Below, in pieces: positions 49,345 through 50,663 of a stretch of DNA of 50,663 bases. A model generated the notes under the pieces. It had not been told where the DNA came from. It searched no databases and was given only the letters and a program-made list of their open reading frames with translations. The stretch is from positions 1 to 50,663 of the forward strand of contig NIVC01003087.1 of assembly GCA_002269645.1 (NCBI GenBank). The letters run 5' to 3'. The translations under genes and the position numbers were made by a program. Source of the stretch: Macrostomum lignano. Its lineage: Eukaryota. Numbering within the stretch: the stretch's first letter is position 1; each line of letters begins with the position of its first letter.

Positions 49345-50663
49345 GTATGAGAGATAGTAAGGTGACTTTAAGGGAGAGTAAGAGGGAGAGAGGAGAAAGA
49401 GGGAGAGAGGAGAAAGAGGGAGAGAGGAGAAAGAGGGAGAGAGGGGAGAGAGAGGGAGAGAGGGGGAAAGAGAGAGAGAGGGGAAAGAGAGAGAGGGGAA
49501 GAGAGAGAGAGGGGAAAGAGAGAGAGGGGAAAGAGAGAGAGGGGAAGGAGAGAGAGGGGGAAAGAGAGAGAGAGGGGAAAGATAGAGAGGGGAAAGAGAG
49601 AGAGAGGGGGGAGAGAGAGAGAGAGAGGGGAAAGATAGAGAGGGGAAAGAGAGAGAGAGGGGGAAAAGAGAGAGAGGGGATAGAGAGGGGAAGAGAGAGA
49701 GGGGAAAGATAGAGAGGGGAAAGAGAGAGAGAGGGGGGAAAGAGGAGAGAGAGGAAAGAGAGAGAGGGGAAAGATAGAGAGAGGGGAAAGAGAGAGAGAG
49801 GGAAAGAGAGAGAGGGGAAAGAGAGAGAGAGGGGGAAAGAGAGAGAGAGGGAAAGATAGAGAGGGGAAAGAGAGAGAGAGAGGGGGAAAGAGAGAGAGAG
49901 GGGAAAGATAGAGAGGGGAAAGAGAGAGAGAGAGGGGGAAAGAGAGAGAGAGGGGAGAGATAGAGAGGGGAAAGAGAGAGAGAGGGGGAAAGAGAAGAGA
50001 GGGGAAAGATAGAGAGGGGAAAGAGAGAGAGAGGGGGAAAGAGAGAGAGAGGGGAAAGATAGAGAGGGGAAAGAGAGAGAGAGGGGGAAAGAGAGAGAGA
50101 GGGGAAAGATAGAGAGGGGAAAGAGAGAGAGAGGGGGAAAGAGAGAGAGAGGGGAAAGATAGAGAGGGGAAAGAGAGAGAGAGGGGGAAAGAGAGAGAGA
50201 GGGGAAAGAGAGAGAGGGGAAGAGAGAGAGAGGGGAAAGAGAGAGAGGGGAAAGATAGAGAGGGAAAGAGAGAGAGAGGGGGAAAGAGAGAGAGAGGGGA
50301 AAGATAGAGAGGGGAAAGAGAGAGAGAGGGGGAAAGAGAGAGAGAGGGGAAAGATAGAGAGGGGAAAGAGAGAGAGAGGGGGAAAGAGAGAGAGGGGAAA
50401 GATAGAGAGGGAAGAGAGAGAGAGGGGAAAGAGAGAGAGAGGGGAAAGATAGAGAGGGGAAAGAGAGAGAGGGGGAAAGAGAGAGAGAGGGGAAAGATAG
50501 AGAGGGGAAAGAGAGAGAGAGGGGGAAAGAAGAGAGAGAGAGGGAAAGATAGAGAGGGGAAAGAGAGAGAGGGGAAAGAGAGAGAGAGGGAGAGAGAGAG
50601 AGAAAGAAGAGAGAGAGGGGAAGGAGAGAAGAGAGGGAAAGATAGAGAGAGGGGAAAGAGAGA
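49345..50663. repeat. GA-rich low-complexity/minisatellite (AGAGAGAGGGGAAAG)
   Basis: Direct inspection; runs off the window. Confidence 0.95.

Overview
Eukaryotic (animal) genomic DNA. GC-rich exons are separated by introns packed with tandem repeats, about 40% of the window by hand estimate. This architecture resembles the flatworm Macrostomum lignano, which is an inference and not verified. Five host genes could be reconstructed using splice-site phase logic. (1) The 3' two-thirds of MADD/DENN-MADD (Rab3 GEF, aex-3-like), + strand, 17 exons, stop at 21567; its first two visible exons carry several frameshifts. (2) An alpha-carbonic anhydrase on the - strand (30687 to 24319, 5' end unresolved). 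(3-5) A co-oriented trio: TMEM42-like (32902-38636), DTWD1-like (41005-43222) and KIAA0930-like (44182-48360). Mobile elements are an intact, very young Ty3/Gypsy (Mag-like) LTR retrotransposon (33476-38096), an internally deleted hAT (9841-11057), a hAT MITE carrying a minisatellite (15013-15513), a hairpin MITE-like element (about 9005-9175) and a CORE-type SINE (about 3241-3540). Most long ORFs in the supplied track are artefacts of stop-free tandem repeats. No proven novel system is present. The most interesting leads are: minisatellites that appear to grow from or carry splice junctions, an intronic array of RFX X-box motifs, a possible SL-trans-spliced operon, a GC-AG intron made almost entirely of (GACT)n, and an apparently selected coding VNTR in DTWD1.
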